The notes beneath the pieces are model-generated. The model was given only the letters and a program-made list of their open reading frames with translations, ran no database searches and was not told where the DNA came from. Source: a virus (taxonomy: Duplodnaviria > Caudoviricetes). Taken from it: 36,924 nt of DNA. The stretch's first letter is position 1, and each line of letters begins with the position of its first letter. Position numbers and translations under genes: made by a program. Positions 14,864 through 23,739 of the stretch are shown here, in pieces. The stretch is taken from positions 1 through 36,924 of IMG/VR virus record IMGVR_UViG_3300043416_000086. The stretch is one strand, 5' to 3'.

Positions 14864-15010
14864 CTAACTATGGCCGCGCGCTATAAACGGCCTTTTTTGG
14901 CCTTATTTTTTTTGGAATTTTTTCGGTTTTTTTTGACTTTTTTTGGTTTTTTTACGCCTGCGCCCGTGGGTGACGGGCGTGGGCTATACACATTTCTATA
15001 TTTTTAAGGG

Positions 15011-15076
15011 GACGCTTTTTTCGATTATGTTTGGGGACGCTATTTTCGATTAGTTTTAAAGACGCTTTTTTCGATT
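15011..15076. repeat. Three 16-bp direct repeats at 25-bp period (iteron-like)
   Basis: GACGCT(T/A)TTTTCGATT at 15011, 15036 and 15061. Confidence 0.9.
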
Positions 15077-17388
15077 CATTTTGTATTGACTTTCTGAGGC
15101 ATAGGCAAGTCCTCAACCGCACGCCTCAGCTCAGATTTACTCAGCGTACTAGCTACTTCTGGCGCTGCGTAGATATGCTTCTTCGTGTCAAACTCACGCG
15201 ACTTCAAGCGGCCACAGTCCACCCACCCTGCCTCTTTGAGCGCGTGTAACAAAGCTGCTTGCGGTACTTTCACATTACTAGGCGCTAACCCTGTCAATCT
15301 ATCGCATAGCGCGTGCATCGGTGAACCTATCACACCGCGCGCAAATTCACCCTTACGGGCGCGTAGCATCTCCACGAGGAACGACTCAGCCATACTCATG
15401 CCATGCTCGACTAGATTAGCCTTAAACTCAGTCATCATCGGCGCTGCTGCTGGGTTAAACTTAGTCACGTCACGGGCGTGTAACCACGCAGCAATAGATT
15501 CAAACCCGCCCTTGCGATACCACGCCCACAACGCCTGCGCTACTTTAGCGTCCATCCTAGCTGCTGCTGACCAGACGCAAAACCAACGCCTGTCCTGCGA
15601 CGCTAACGAAATAGGCACAGGATCGTTTGAGAACGCTAGAACGAACACACGATTAGCCATCTGGTACGGGTGCAAACCCTTACGGTTGATCGGTAACATC
15701 TCAGGCGGCGCGGCTATGATGGGCTTGAGTTGATTGGCCAACTGCCTACGGGAAGCAGCGTCAGGCTCTTTTAGTTCGTTAATCAATAAAATTTCAGACT
15801 CAAGCTGATAACCCCATTGTGAGTTGATGGAGTTGTTGTCCATAATCCCACGGTTCTTCAGGTGACTGCCACAGACTGCCCAAATAAACGGCGCCCACAT
15901 CGTATCCTTACCGCTGCCCTCATCGCCGCCATGCAACACGGCATGATTGATCTTAACTTGCGGGTGCTGCACCTTGCAGGCCATGATGTCAAGCAGGTGT
16001 TCTAACTCGGCAGGCTCAGGCACCAGCTCACGGCAATGATTCAGCCAGGGCGCTATTGTCGATTCGGACACGGCTACGCCTGACACGTCAGGTCTAGCGT
16101 CACGCCATCTGTTACCGTATAGATCGCCGTCACGGGCGACAAGCACAGTCTCACCCGCAGCGTATGTGATACCAACTAATGCTTTGGCGCCCATCGTTTG
16201 TCTGTTCTGATCAAAACAAATAGACGCCTCAACTTTAGTGGTAGGCGCATGGATTGACATACATTTGATGTGACGGAACAAAGCGTTAAAAGTCTGCCTT
16301 GACACTTCGCGTCTGTCTTGCATATCAAAGTAGGACTCATCGTCCTGCACGTAAGCGAAACGCTCGTACCACTTGGACTTCTCGACACGCCCTAACTCTT
16401 TACGCTCGACCTCGGCAATCTTAGCGTCAGCGTCATCGGTAAACATATCGCTAGGGGTAATCTTAGCAAGCGCTACAGTCATCGCCTCAGCGATCAACTG
16501 ATCACGCAGGCCATGCGTAACTTTAGGGCCACCGTTAGCGGCAACCCAATCGAGAAAAGTTTGGCTGCCGAAATCAACACAATGCGAGTGTAAACAACAG
16601 TAAGAACGATCTAAGGGTTTATACCGACCTTCGGGGTTACCATCGGTGTGTTCGGCATTGTTAGGGCAAGTGACTGATAACCACCCTTCGCCGTTGATCT
16701 TCGACAAAACCATGCCTTGATCATTCATCCATGCTAACACATCATCGCCACCATTGTCGGCTAATCTGATTGGCGCGTAGTGGTTCGTATCAGCAGGCGC
16801 AGGCGTAACATTCAATGCCGTGCAGATATCGTCTAGCGTGTAATCACGCTCAGGATGGAACTCGACTAGCCGTGCTTTGAAATTATCACGCCCAGGCTTT
16901 AAATTAATCGAATCAGGCAGACGCACATTACGGACTGCATTAGTAGCGCCTGCGTCGGTGTAACCTGCCGCAGCAATGGCTTTGACTGCTGCCGTGAACT
17001 CACCCTTGGTGGGTTGTTCAGAGAAAGCGTAGCCGTACTGAAAATTATCAGGGCTAGTCTCAAGAATCCATGTCGGTGCAAGAGGCGGTATTTTCGACTT
17101 GGTGCCGATGTCATCTAACATCATAAATAGCACAAACTCGCAGTTGGTTGCGCTCGCTGATATGCGCCCATCTTCGAAGCGGTCTATGATAAATGACGCC
17201 GTATTGATGTACCACGCCTCACCGTCCTTCATTCTGTGACTAGGCAGATAAGCAGGCCATGTGCATTTGATAGCGCCGTCAGCGTGCAGTTGCAGCTCAC
17301 CGTCCTTCAACTGTGGCTTTTGGCGCACAATGAGGGCAGTCTCGCCCTCTGGCGCTAAATTCGTGATAAACTCTAAAAAGTTGTGCAT
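15076..17388 (-). CDS. Primase-helicase fusion (RepB-like primase, Zn finger, SF3/DUF5906 helicase)
   Basis: MLDDIG, ETSPDNFQYGY and R.VRLP..N.K (RepB primase). CP...H...C.H.HC (Zn). GDEGSGKD Walker A, INEL, AFSN and DRRW (helicase). Confidence 0.88.
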   Translation of the reverse strand: MHNFLEFITNLAPEGETALIVRQKPQLKDGELQLHADGAIKCTWPAYLPSHRMKDGEAWYINTASFIIDRFEDGRISASATNCEFVLFMMLDDIGTKSKIPPLAPTWILETSPDNFQYGYAFSEQPTKGEFTAAVKAIAAAGYTDAGATNAVRNVRLPDSINLKPGRDNFKARLVEFHPERDYTLDDICTALNVTPAPADTNHYAPIRLADNGGDDVLAWMNDQGMVLSKINGEGWLSVTCPNNAEHTDGNPEGRYKPLDRSYCCLHSHCVDFGSQTFLDWVAANGGPKVTHGLRDQLIAEAMTVALAKITPSDMFTDDADAKIAEVERKELGRVEKSKWYERFAYVQDDESYFDMQDRREVSRQTFNALFRHIKCMSIHAPTTKVEASICFDQNRQTMGAKALVGITYAAGETVLVARDGDLYGNRWRDARPDVSGVAVSESTIAPWLNHCRELVPEPAELEHLLDIMACKVQHPQVKINHAVLHGGDEGSGKDTMWAPFIWAVCGSHLKNRGIMDNNSINSQWGYQLESEILLINELKEPDAASRRQLANQLKPIIAAPPEMLPINRKGLHPYQMANRVFVLAFSNDPVPISLASQDRRWFCVWSAAARMDAKVAQALWAWYRKGGFESIAAWLHARDVTKFNPAAAPMMTEFKANLVEHGMSMAESFLVEMLRARKGEFARGVIGSPMHALCDRLTGLAPSNVKVPQAALLHALKEAGWVDCGRLKSREFDTKKHIYAAPEVASTLSKSELRRAVEDLPMPQKVNTK

Positions 17389-17414
17389 TTTGTGTTTCCT
17401 TCCGTGAATTAATT

Positions 17415-17445
17415 ACCCCTAGCCCAAAACTAGGGGTTTTTTTTT
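17415..17445 (+). terminator. Terminator-like hairpin between polymerase and primase genes
   Basis: ACCCCTAG-CCCAAAA-CTAGGGGT followed by a T run on the plus strand. Confidence 0.6.
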
Positions 17446-19414
17446 ACTTACCATACCTTGTCATAGCGCTTGCCTCTACGTCTAATGGTAACCCCTCTGC
17501 CCATGCGGGTGGGGTACACATAACGTCTTTGATTATTTGTACTGCTATTTCGGGTGTTGCTGACTCGACCACGATTTCATCATGGATGTGCAAAACCACA
17601 TCATCCAAGCCTCGCAAAGCGTGTCGCAATAAGTCATTGGCGACTGCTTGGGTGATGTTTTCACAGGCGAGTCCTTTCCATAGTCTAGCTCTTGGCCACT
17701 CTTTAGCGTCTGCTGCTGGCTTCCACGATGCTTTGGCATAACTAACTCCATCTGTATCTAATCGGGCGAATGGATAGCATAACACACGACCAGACGGTAG
17801 TGCATACCACAAGTGTTGCCCATCAAATAAATAGGTTACACGGCCTGCTCTAAACTCATGTCCTTTGTTACGCATCGCCCTTGTGTAAGCATTTTCAAGG
17901 TCTTGCCAGTACGGTACTGACCACGGATTCGCTAAACGCCACGCATTGACCATGCGCTTGGCTTCAGGTTCAGGTAACAAAATACCATACGCTCTACCCA
18001 TTGCAGCGAACGCTCCCACGCCACCTGCGAATCCGCACGCTAACTCTTGTACCTTACCAATCTGCCTCTGCTCGCTAGTGATCTGATCAACTGGTACATG
18101 GAACGTCGCACTAGCGTTGACCTTGTAAACATCCTCACCAGTACGGAACAAGTCTAGTTTTTTGATACCTGCTGGACAGTTAGACAACCACGGATTAACC
18201 CGTGCTTCAACGGCTGCCCAATCTGCAACAACTAATGATTTTCCCCGTTGGGGTATAAGGGCAGGTCTGAGCATTGACTTGAGTACATCTGTGATCCGCC
18301 GTCCAAAGGTAGGGACAATTGAGTGGCCTCTAACCATAGCGGATCTAACGGCATCAGGCTCCTTGGCACACTTTCGGGTAAAGTTGTGGACTTGCGCTCC
18401 GTAACTACTTGCCCGACCTGTGGCTGCGCCACCAGCAAAGACAAATGCTCCACGAACTCGGTTATCTTCTTCATCTGCTAACTCCTTTAGTCTTTTAAAT
18501 TTTGCGACACTAGACGCCCATAGGTCGTCCGCGCATTGGACAACATCTGCAACTTGCGGCGGTACCTCATCGGGATTTTCTTCAGCACACACAAGTAGAT
18601 TAGCTCGAACTGTCTTGTCGATTGAGTATTTTTTGTCACCATCTTTATAATTTTCCATCAATTTCTTGGCTTGATCGCCAACTCTTGCAAGTACCCACTC
18701 ACGCATCCGTGGACTTCTCACGCTTAATATTTCACCATCTGTTAATTCTGCTACTAAATTCTCTATTTCTATTAACTCTGCACTAGCGTACTTGATCGCT
18801 GACTCGGCTAGGGGTTTATCCAACAATACGCCACGATCATTAATCTTTTCATTAACATGATAGTCTAACAGCTCATCATCTGACAGTTGGCGCATAGCTT
18901 GACTAATCGCACGCATTGCTCGAACATCCTGCTCGCAGTAGGCGACCATCTCAGCCATGAGCGTCACATCGTTGTTAAATGTACCGTCGGCTTTAGGAAT
19001 AGATAACAGGCGAATCAGTTGATTGCCTCTATGGTCTTTACGCATATTAACACTTGCGAATCGGCCAACATCATCCAACGAGCCTGGCGCACAGTTGGCA
19101 CGCGCCTGAGTAGCTGTACAATAGAACTGTTCCGTAGTCGGTTCTGGGATTCCTTTGTCTGGACACAAGACGTACCACATAATCAAGCGCTCGAACGCAG
19201 CGTTATGCGCCCGTATTTGACCGCCTGATACGATATGGTCAACAATCTGCCAAGGAAATTCTTGATCAGGCAACCACGATTGCACTTCCTCATCATCAAA
19301 CGCATAAGAGAGACAAAGCACAGACGTGCTGGCATCCCTCGCGTAATTGTAAACGCCACGGCTGGGTAGATCACAGCGTGAGCGTGTCTCGAAATCAATA
19401 TATAGGATTGTCAT
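17444..19414 (-). CDS. polA: DNA polymerase, family A, with 3'-5' exonuclease
   Basis: IDFETRS (ExoI), AHNAAFE (ExoII), YCEQDV (ExoIII), motif A DWAAVEAR, motif B RQIGKVQELACGF, motif C HIHDE. Confidence 0.95.
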   Translation of the reverse strand: MTILYIDFETRSRCDLPSRGVYNYARDASTSVLCLSYAFDDEEVQSWLPDQEFPWQIVDHIVSGGQIRAHNAAFERLIMWYVLCPDKGIPEPTTEQFYCTATQARANCAPGSLDDVGRFASVNMRKDHRGNQLIRLLSIPKADGTFNNDVTLMAEMVAYCEQDVRAMRAISQAMRQLSDDELLDYHVNEKINDRGVLLDKPLAESAIKYASAELIEIENLVAELTDGEILSVRSPRMREWVLARVGDQAKKLMENYKDGDKKYSIDKTVRANLLVCAEENPDEVPPQVADVVQCADDLWASSVAKFKRLKELADEEDNRVRGAFVFAGGAATGRASSYGAQVHNFTRKCAKEPDAVRSAMVRGHSIVPTFGRRITDVLKSMLRPALIPQRGKSLVVADWAAVEARVNPWLSNCPAGIKKLDLFRTGEDVYKVNASATFHVPVDQITSEQRQIGKVQELACGFAGGVGAFAAMGRAYGILLPEPEAKRMVNAWRLANPWSVPYWQDLENAYTRAMRNKGHEFRAGRVTYLFDGQHLWYALPSGRVLCYPFARLDTDGVSYAKASWKPAADAKEWPRARLWKGLACENITQAVANDLLRHALRGLDDVVLHIHDEIVVESATPEIAVQIIKDVMCTPPAWAEGLPLDVEASAMTRYGK

Positions 19415-19495
19415 AGGTAGGTGGGGCTAGTCGGTTTTCTTAGTTCTTCGACTTGTGTGTACTAGACTGAATAATCACAGACTAGCCCCATTTCT

Positions 19496-20155
19496 TTAGC
19501 TGCGACGTCTACGCGCTGTTGCTACAGGCGCTGCTGCTTCTGTTTCTACTGCGACTGCGGTTTCTTCGGCTGGCGTACCAGCTTCATCAGTCATGCTCAT
19601 CCAACTAGCAATTTTAAAAATTGGTGTGTAGATGCGGCCATAAGACTTGTGACTGTAATGCTCTTTTTCAAGCGTAACAATCGGTACAGGCAACTTCGGG
19701 TCTGTGTCTACTTGCGTGGCAATAGCAACTGCAAGGGCTTGTACAGAACGCTTACCACCAACGCTAGTTGTGGTGTAGCGCACTTCCATGCCCTTATCTT
19801 CGCCAGACAAGCACTTCATAGACATACCCACCTGAGTCTCCCAACCTTTACGAGCCATTGGTGGCGCTGCTTCTAACTCAGGCAATGGCTGAGAGACTGA
19901 TACCATCTTCTCGCCAAGCACTTCACCGTCGCCCCATGCAATAAAACCATGCACGAATGAGAATGGATTGACTGCCCATGTTGAGTCATCTTCGACTTCG
20001 GTTTGGTCTGCACCGAACACCCAATGACCTGTCTTGTCCATCTTAAGAATGACAACACCTGCTGCGCCAACATCGGTTTCTAAAGCACGAAGTGCTGTCG
20101 ATAATGAAGTTACAGAGGGTAAATTTGCTGCTGAAAACGTGGTTATGTTTGACAT
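19496..20155 (-). CDS. Putative single-stranded DNA-binding protein
   Basis: Lies between the exonuclease and polymerase genes. Aromatic beta-rich core (YSHKSYGRIYTP.F) and flexible C-terminal tail. Confidence 0.6.
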   Translation of the reverse strand: MSNITTFSAANLPSVTSLSTALRALETDVGAAGVVILKMDKTGHWVFGADQTEVEDDSTWAVNPFSFVHGFIAWGDGEVLGEKMVSVSQPLPELEAAPPMARKGWETQVGMSMKCLSGEDKGMEVRYTTTSVGGKRSVQALAVAIATQVDTDPKLPVPIVTLEKEHYSHKSYGRIYTPIFKIASWMSMTDEAGTPAEETAVAVETEAAAPVATARRRRS

Positions 20156-20166
20156 TAGTTTAGTTC

Positions 20167-21294
20167 CTATTGGATTTTAGAAAGGGCTGCAACAAGTTGC
20201 TTCCCGATTTGTACTACGGCTGGGCGTGGATCTTCTTCACGTGCCAACGTACTGCCACTACTTACTGCTACTACTAAGTCATTAGGCAGTTGAGTGCCTA
20301 ACTTCTTGAGTACCTTTTCCGCTACTGCTGGTGTAATGAGTTTAGTCACATACAACTCAGCTTCGGGAATTACTTTTGCTAACACGTCTGCTGCCTGATC
20401 ATCGTTTGCCCATTGACGGATTGCACGCTTATTGACTAACTTCCAACCTGGCACAGGCTTGTCTGCTTCTAACATCTGATGCGCTAACGCTCGCAGATCA
20501 GTAATCCATTGTTCTAACAGATCACAATTCTTTAAATAGCCACCTATCATATCAGCATCGAGGCTCATCAGTTGATCCTGTAGCGCTCGGTCTACCGCAC
20601 CTGTCATCTTAGGACAAATTGGTTTTGCAGCGCACCATCGGCAATGCTCACCCGCGCTGAGGCCTGCGTTTTTCTTCTGTGATTCTTTGACGGATGCAAC
20701 TAAATTATTTTCAAAAATTTTGACACGTTCAACGGTTGTCACCCAGCGCTTGACACTTGGTGGTTGCACAATGACGCACTCGATTTCTGTTGCGCCATCA
20801 AACACCCACTTGACGGATTCAGTACGCATAGCGGCTGCTGCGTAGAATAACAACTGTTCGTTTTCCTCTACACCTACGGCTACACCATCGCCAAACTTCC
20901 AATCCAATACAATGGCTCGATTACCGATACGGCCTAATAAGTCACATGAGCCAAACACGTTGGGTAAGAAGTCACCGAAGCCAACTTCAGTCTCAACGGC
21001 GTATTCCATTTCTAGCTTAGGATCTATCTCGCCAAGTAAATTTAAAGCAACGTGGAGTTTGTTGTCAATATGGTCTTGCGTCAGCACTTGGTCTTGATAC
21101 TTCATACCGATTAAAGAATCAGGCGTTACGCCTTGGTCTAAAACTTGTGAGATAGCTGTATGTAGTAATGTACCTAAATCAGCGTAGACGCTACTTGGTC
21201 TTGGTGGCATCTTAGCGCATAAAGCAACAGAGCCTGGGCAACCCATAACGCGTTTCGCAGTCGAGCCACCGACGATATTTGAATGTTGAGCCAT
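20167..21294 (-). CDS. PD-(D/E)xK Cas4-like exonuclease (DUF2800 family)
   Basis: R...CPGS, GTLLH, FGSCD, DWKFG, QL..YA and C-terminal CRWC.....C Fe-S-type motif. Confidence 0.88.
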   Translation of the reverse strand: MAQHSNIVGGSTAKRVMGCPGSVALCAKMPPRPSSVYADLGTLLHTAISQVLDQGVTPDSLIGMKYQDQVLTQDHIDNKLHVALNLLGEIDPKLEMEYAVETEVGFGDFLPNVFGSCDLLGRIGNRAIVLDWKFGDGVAVGVEENEQLLFYAAAAMRTESVKWVFDGATEIECVIVQPPSVKRWVTTVERVKIFENNLVASVKESQKKNAGLSAGEHCRWCAAKPICPKMTGAVDRALQDQLMSLDADMIGGYLKNCDLLEQWITDLRALAHQMLEADKPVPGWKLVNKRAIRQWANDDQAADVLAKVIPEAELYVTKLITPAVAEKVLKKLGTQLPNDLVVAVSSGSTLAREEDPRPAVVQIGKQLVAALSKIQ

Positions 21295-21488
21295 TATGCA
21301 GCCCTCGCTTTCATCATAATGTCAGCCAGTTTGTAAGACGTTTTAAATGTTTCTAACGCATCAAACTGCTCATCTTTTATTAAATTAATTTGTGACTGTG
21401 CAAAGTGGATAGCAAAGTAATCCCGTAAGTCCATGCCTGATTGATGCGAATCAAAATACTCCATTGGAAACGCTTTTATTACTTTCAT
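21294..21488 (-). CDS. Hypothetical protein (AFP...GM.LRDYFA family)
   Basis: AAAGGAAA RBS, TAATG coupling, motif common in proteobacterial phages. Confidence 0.8.
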   Translation of the reverse strand: MKVIKAFPMEYFDSHQSGMDLRDYFAIHFAQSQINLIKDEQFDALETFKTSYKLADIMMKARAA

Positions 21489-21524
21489 CTTTATTTTCCT
21501 TTACTTTAGTTGATTTGAGATTCT

Positions 21525-21557
21525 ACTTTACCACACTTTTAAATTATGTGTTAAACT
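21525..21557. promoter_or_regulatory. Overlapping divergent promoters
   Basis: Plus strand TGtTAAACT (21549-21557) and minus strand TGgTAAAGT (21533-21525), at the strand switch. Confidence 0.55.
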
Positions 21558-21564
21558 TTTTTAC

Positions 21565-21852
21565 ATGAATGAAAAAGAAATTGAATCTTATTTTAAATGG
21601 GCAGTAATGTCAATAGGCGGAAAGACTTATAAGTTTAGGTCAATCAACCAGCGTGGCGTGTCAGATCAGATTGCGTGTCTGCCCAATGGCGATACGTGGT
21701 TTGTAGAATTAAAAACAAAAGGTGGGAAGGTATCTGCCCTACAGAAATTTTTTATGGAAGAAGTAACGGGGTTATCCCAACAATATGCGTGTTTATGGAC
21801 TAAGGAGCAGATAGATGAGTGGGTTAAAGATACTAATTGCGTGCGAGTTTAG
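21565..21852 (+). CDS. VRR-NUC domain nuclease
   Basis: E.EIE...GVSD...FVELK...S.LQ motifs. Confidence 0.9.
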   Translation: MNEKEIESYFKWAVMSIGGKTYKFRSINQRGVSDQIACLPNGDTWFVELKTKGGKVSALQKFFMEEVTGLSQQYACLWTKEQIDEWVKDTNCVRV

Positions 21853-22411
21853 CGGTACAGTCCGCGACGCATTTATACGGGAAGGACATAGCGCTATGAG
21901 CTGTGATTTATTACCTACAGATGCTCCAGGGCCTCACTACCAAGGCAATGTAATGGATATTATTAACAATGGGTGGGATATGATGATAGCGCATCCGCCA
22001 TGTACTTATCTTAGCGTTAGCGGTATGCATTGGACAACGCGGGGGTTACGCGACCCTAAACTAACTGAGGACGCGCTAGAATTTGTGCAAGCGTTAATGA
22101 ACGCGTCGATTAAACGTATTGCTATAGAAAACCCCGTAAGTATTATTAGTAGCCGCGTACGCAAGCCAGATCAAATTGTGCAGCCTTGGTGGTTTGGCGA
22201 CGATGCAAGTAAAAAAACTTGTTTGTGGTTAAAAAATCTAGCGCTTCTTACCCCAACTAATAAATTAGATGGTGACAATAAGACACGCCGAGGCAATCAA
22301 ACAACTAGTGGGCAAAACAAACTACCCCCGTCTAAAGATCGTTGGAAAATTCGCAGTAAAACTTATCAAGGCATAGCGGATGCTATGGCAACACAATGGG
22401 GCGTGTTATGA
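21815..22411 (+). CDS. Short DNA (cytosine-5) methyltransferase-like protein
   Basis: Catalytic-type HPPC, IENP, Q..FG and K.T.LW motifs. Motif I degenerate (ACEFSG). Only 198 aa. Confidence 0.7.
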   Translation: MSGLKILIACEFSGTVRDAFIREGHSAMSCDLLPTDAPGPHYQGNVMDIINNGWDMMIAHPPCTYLSVSGMHWTTRGLRDPKLTEDALEFVQALMNASIKRIAIENPVSIISSRVRKPDQIVQPWWFGDDASKKTCLWLKNLALLTPTNKLDGDNKTRRGNQTTSGQNKLPPSKDRWKIRSKTYQGIADAMATQWGVL

Positions 22412-23739
22412 GACTAAGAGATTATCAAGAAATAGCCGCTGATTTTTTGTACGAGCATGACCGTGCAATGATTCTTGCGCCTGTTGGTGCAGGTAAGACG
22501 GCTATCACGCTACGCGCCATGTACGATTGTCTGTACAACGGCGTTGTGACTAGATGGCTAGTCATAGCACCGAAGCGTGTCTGCACGGATGTGTGGCCTG
22601 TTGAGCAGCCGAAGTGGGCGCCTTTTATGAAGTTAGCTGTAGCCGTAGGCACACCAAAGCAACGCAAAAAAGCGTTTGAGTCCAAGGCGCTAGTGGTTGT
22701 GACCAACTACGACAATCTGCAATCGTTGCCAGACGACATGGACTTCGACGGTATTGTGTTTGATGAGCTGACTAGGTTAAAAAATCCGTCAGGCGCACGC
22801 TTCAAAGCCCTTAATAAAGTTATTGACTCCATCAAAATACGTTGGGGTTTGACAGGATCGTTTACTAGCAATGGCCTTGAGGATGTGTTTGGACAATGTA
22901 AGATCATTGACCAACAGTTGTTAGGGCGGTCTAAGGGGGCTTTTATGCAAAAATATTTTATCCTAATGAACAAAGACTTTGGCGAGTGGGCGCCACGCAA
23001 AGGTGCGCTGCCTGAAGTCATGCACACAATCAAACCTGCGACGTTTGTGCTAGACGCTGGCGAGTACGCTGACCAGTTGCCACCGCTACATATTGTGGAG
23101 ATGCGTTGCGATATGGCTGACCGCAGCCATTATGAGAAGATGAAGAAGGACTTTGTTGTTCAGTTTGGTAAAGAAAAAATTACGGCAGTTAGTGCAGCCG
23201 TAGTCACACAGAAGTTACAACAGATGTCGTCAGGGTTTGTTTACAGTACCGAAACAACCGCGTCCAATACACCTGGGCGCATGAACGTCACCCAGACGCC
23301 TATTTGGTTTAGCACCCATAAGTTTGATATGTTAGATGAGCTGTTAAGTGAAAACCAACGGGCGAATACCATCATCGTTTACAACTACGTCGAGGAGCTG
23401 GCAGAACTCAAGCGTAGGTACCCTAGCGCACAGACAATCAATGACCCACAGTCGATTGCCCGTTGGAACGCAGGCGAAATAGAACTGTTGTTAATTCACC
23501 CGTTATCGGCAGGGCATGGGTTAAACCTACAGCATGGCGGGTGCAAGATGGTGTTTGTGTCTCTGCCGTGGTCGTTAGAGTATTACGAACAAACCATCGG
23601 CAGACTGCATAGGAGTGGTCAAAAGCATGATGTGTGGGTTTACATCCTCATCACAACGAAAACGATTGAGGAACGCATTTTGGGTGCCTTGAAGGATAAA
23701 AAAGCGTTATCAGAGATTGCTATGGAGGAACTAACATGA
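22408..23739 (+). CDS. SNF2-like superfamily 2 helicase
   Basis: LRDYQ, GAGKT, DELT, LTGS, GHGLNLQ and Q.IGRLHR.GQ motifs. Start at 22408 gives ATGA coupling. Confidence 0.92.
   Translation: MRLRDYQEIAADFLYEHDRAMILAPVGAGKTAITLRAMYDCLYNGVVTRWLVIAPKRVCTDVWPVEQPKWAPFMKLAVAVGTPKQRKKAFESKALVVVTNYDNLQSLPDDMDFDGIVFDELTRLKNPSGARFKALNKVIDSIKIRWGLTGSFTSNGLEDVFGQCKIIDQQLLGRSKGAFMQKYFILMNKDFGEWAPRKGALPEVMHTIKPATFVLDAGEYADQLPPLHIVEMRCDMADRSHYEKMKKDFVVQFGKEKITAVSAAVVTQKLQQMSSGFVYSTETTASNTPGRMNVTQTPIWFSTHKFDMLDELLSENQRANTIIVYNYVEELAELKRRYPSAQTINDPQSIARWNAGEIELLLIHPLSAGHGLNLQHGGCKMVFVSLPWSLEYYEQTIGRLHRSGQKHDVWVYILITTKTIEERILGALKDKKALSEIAMEELT

Noticed and set aside
15011-15076. Possible mini-CRISPR array
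   Set aside because: 16-bp repeats and 9-bp spacers are far too short, and there is no cas operon.
15031-19876. Alternative ORFs overlapping primase, polymerase and SSB (e.g. 15185-15733)
   Set aside because: Shadow or out-of-frame ORFs within conserved genes.
20167-21294. Cas4-like nuclease as evidence of a CRISPR system
   Set aside because: Stand-alone DUF2800-type exonuclease in the usual exonuclease-SSB-polymerase replication block.
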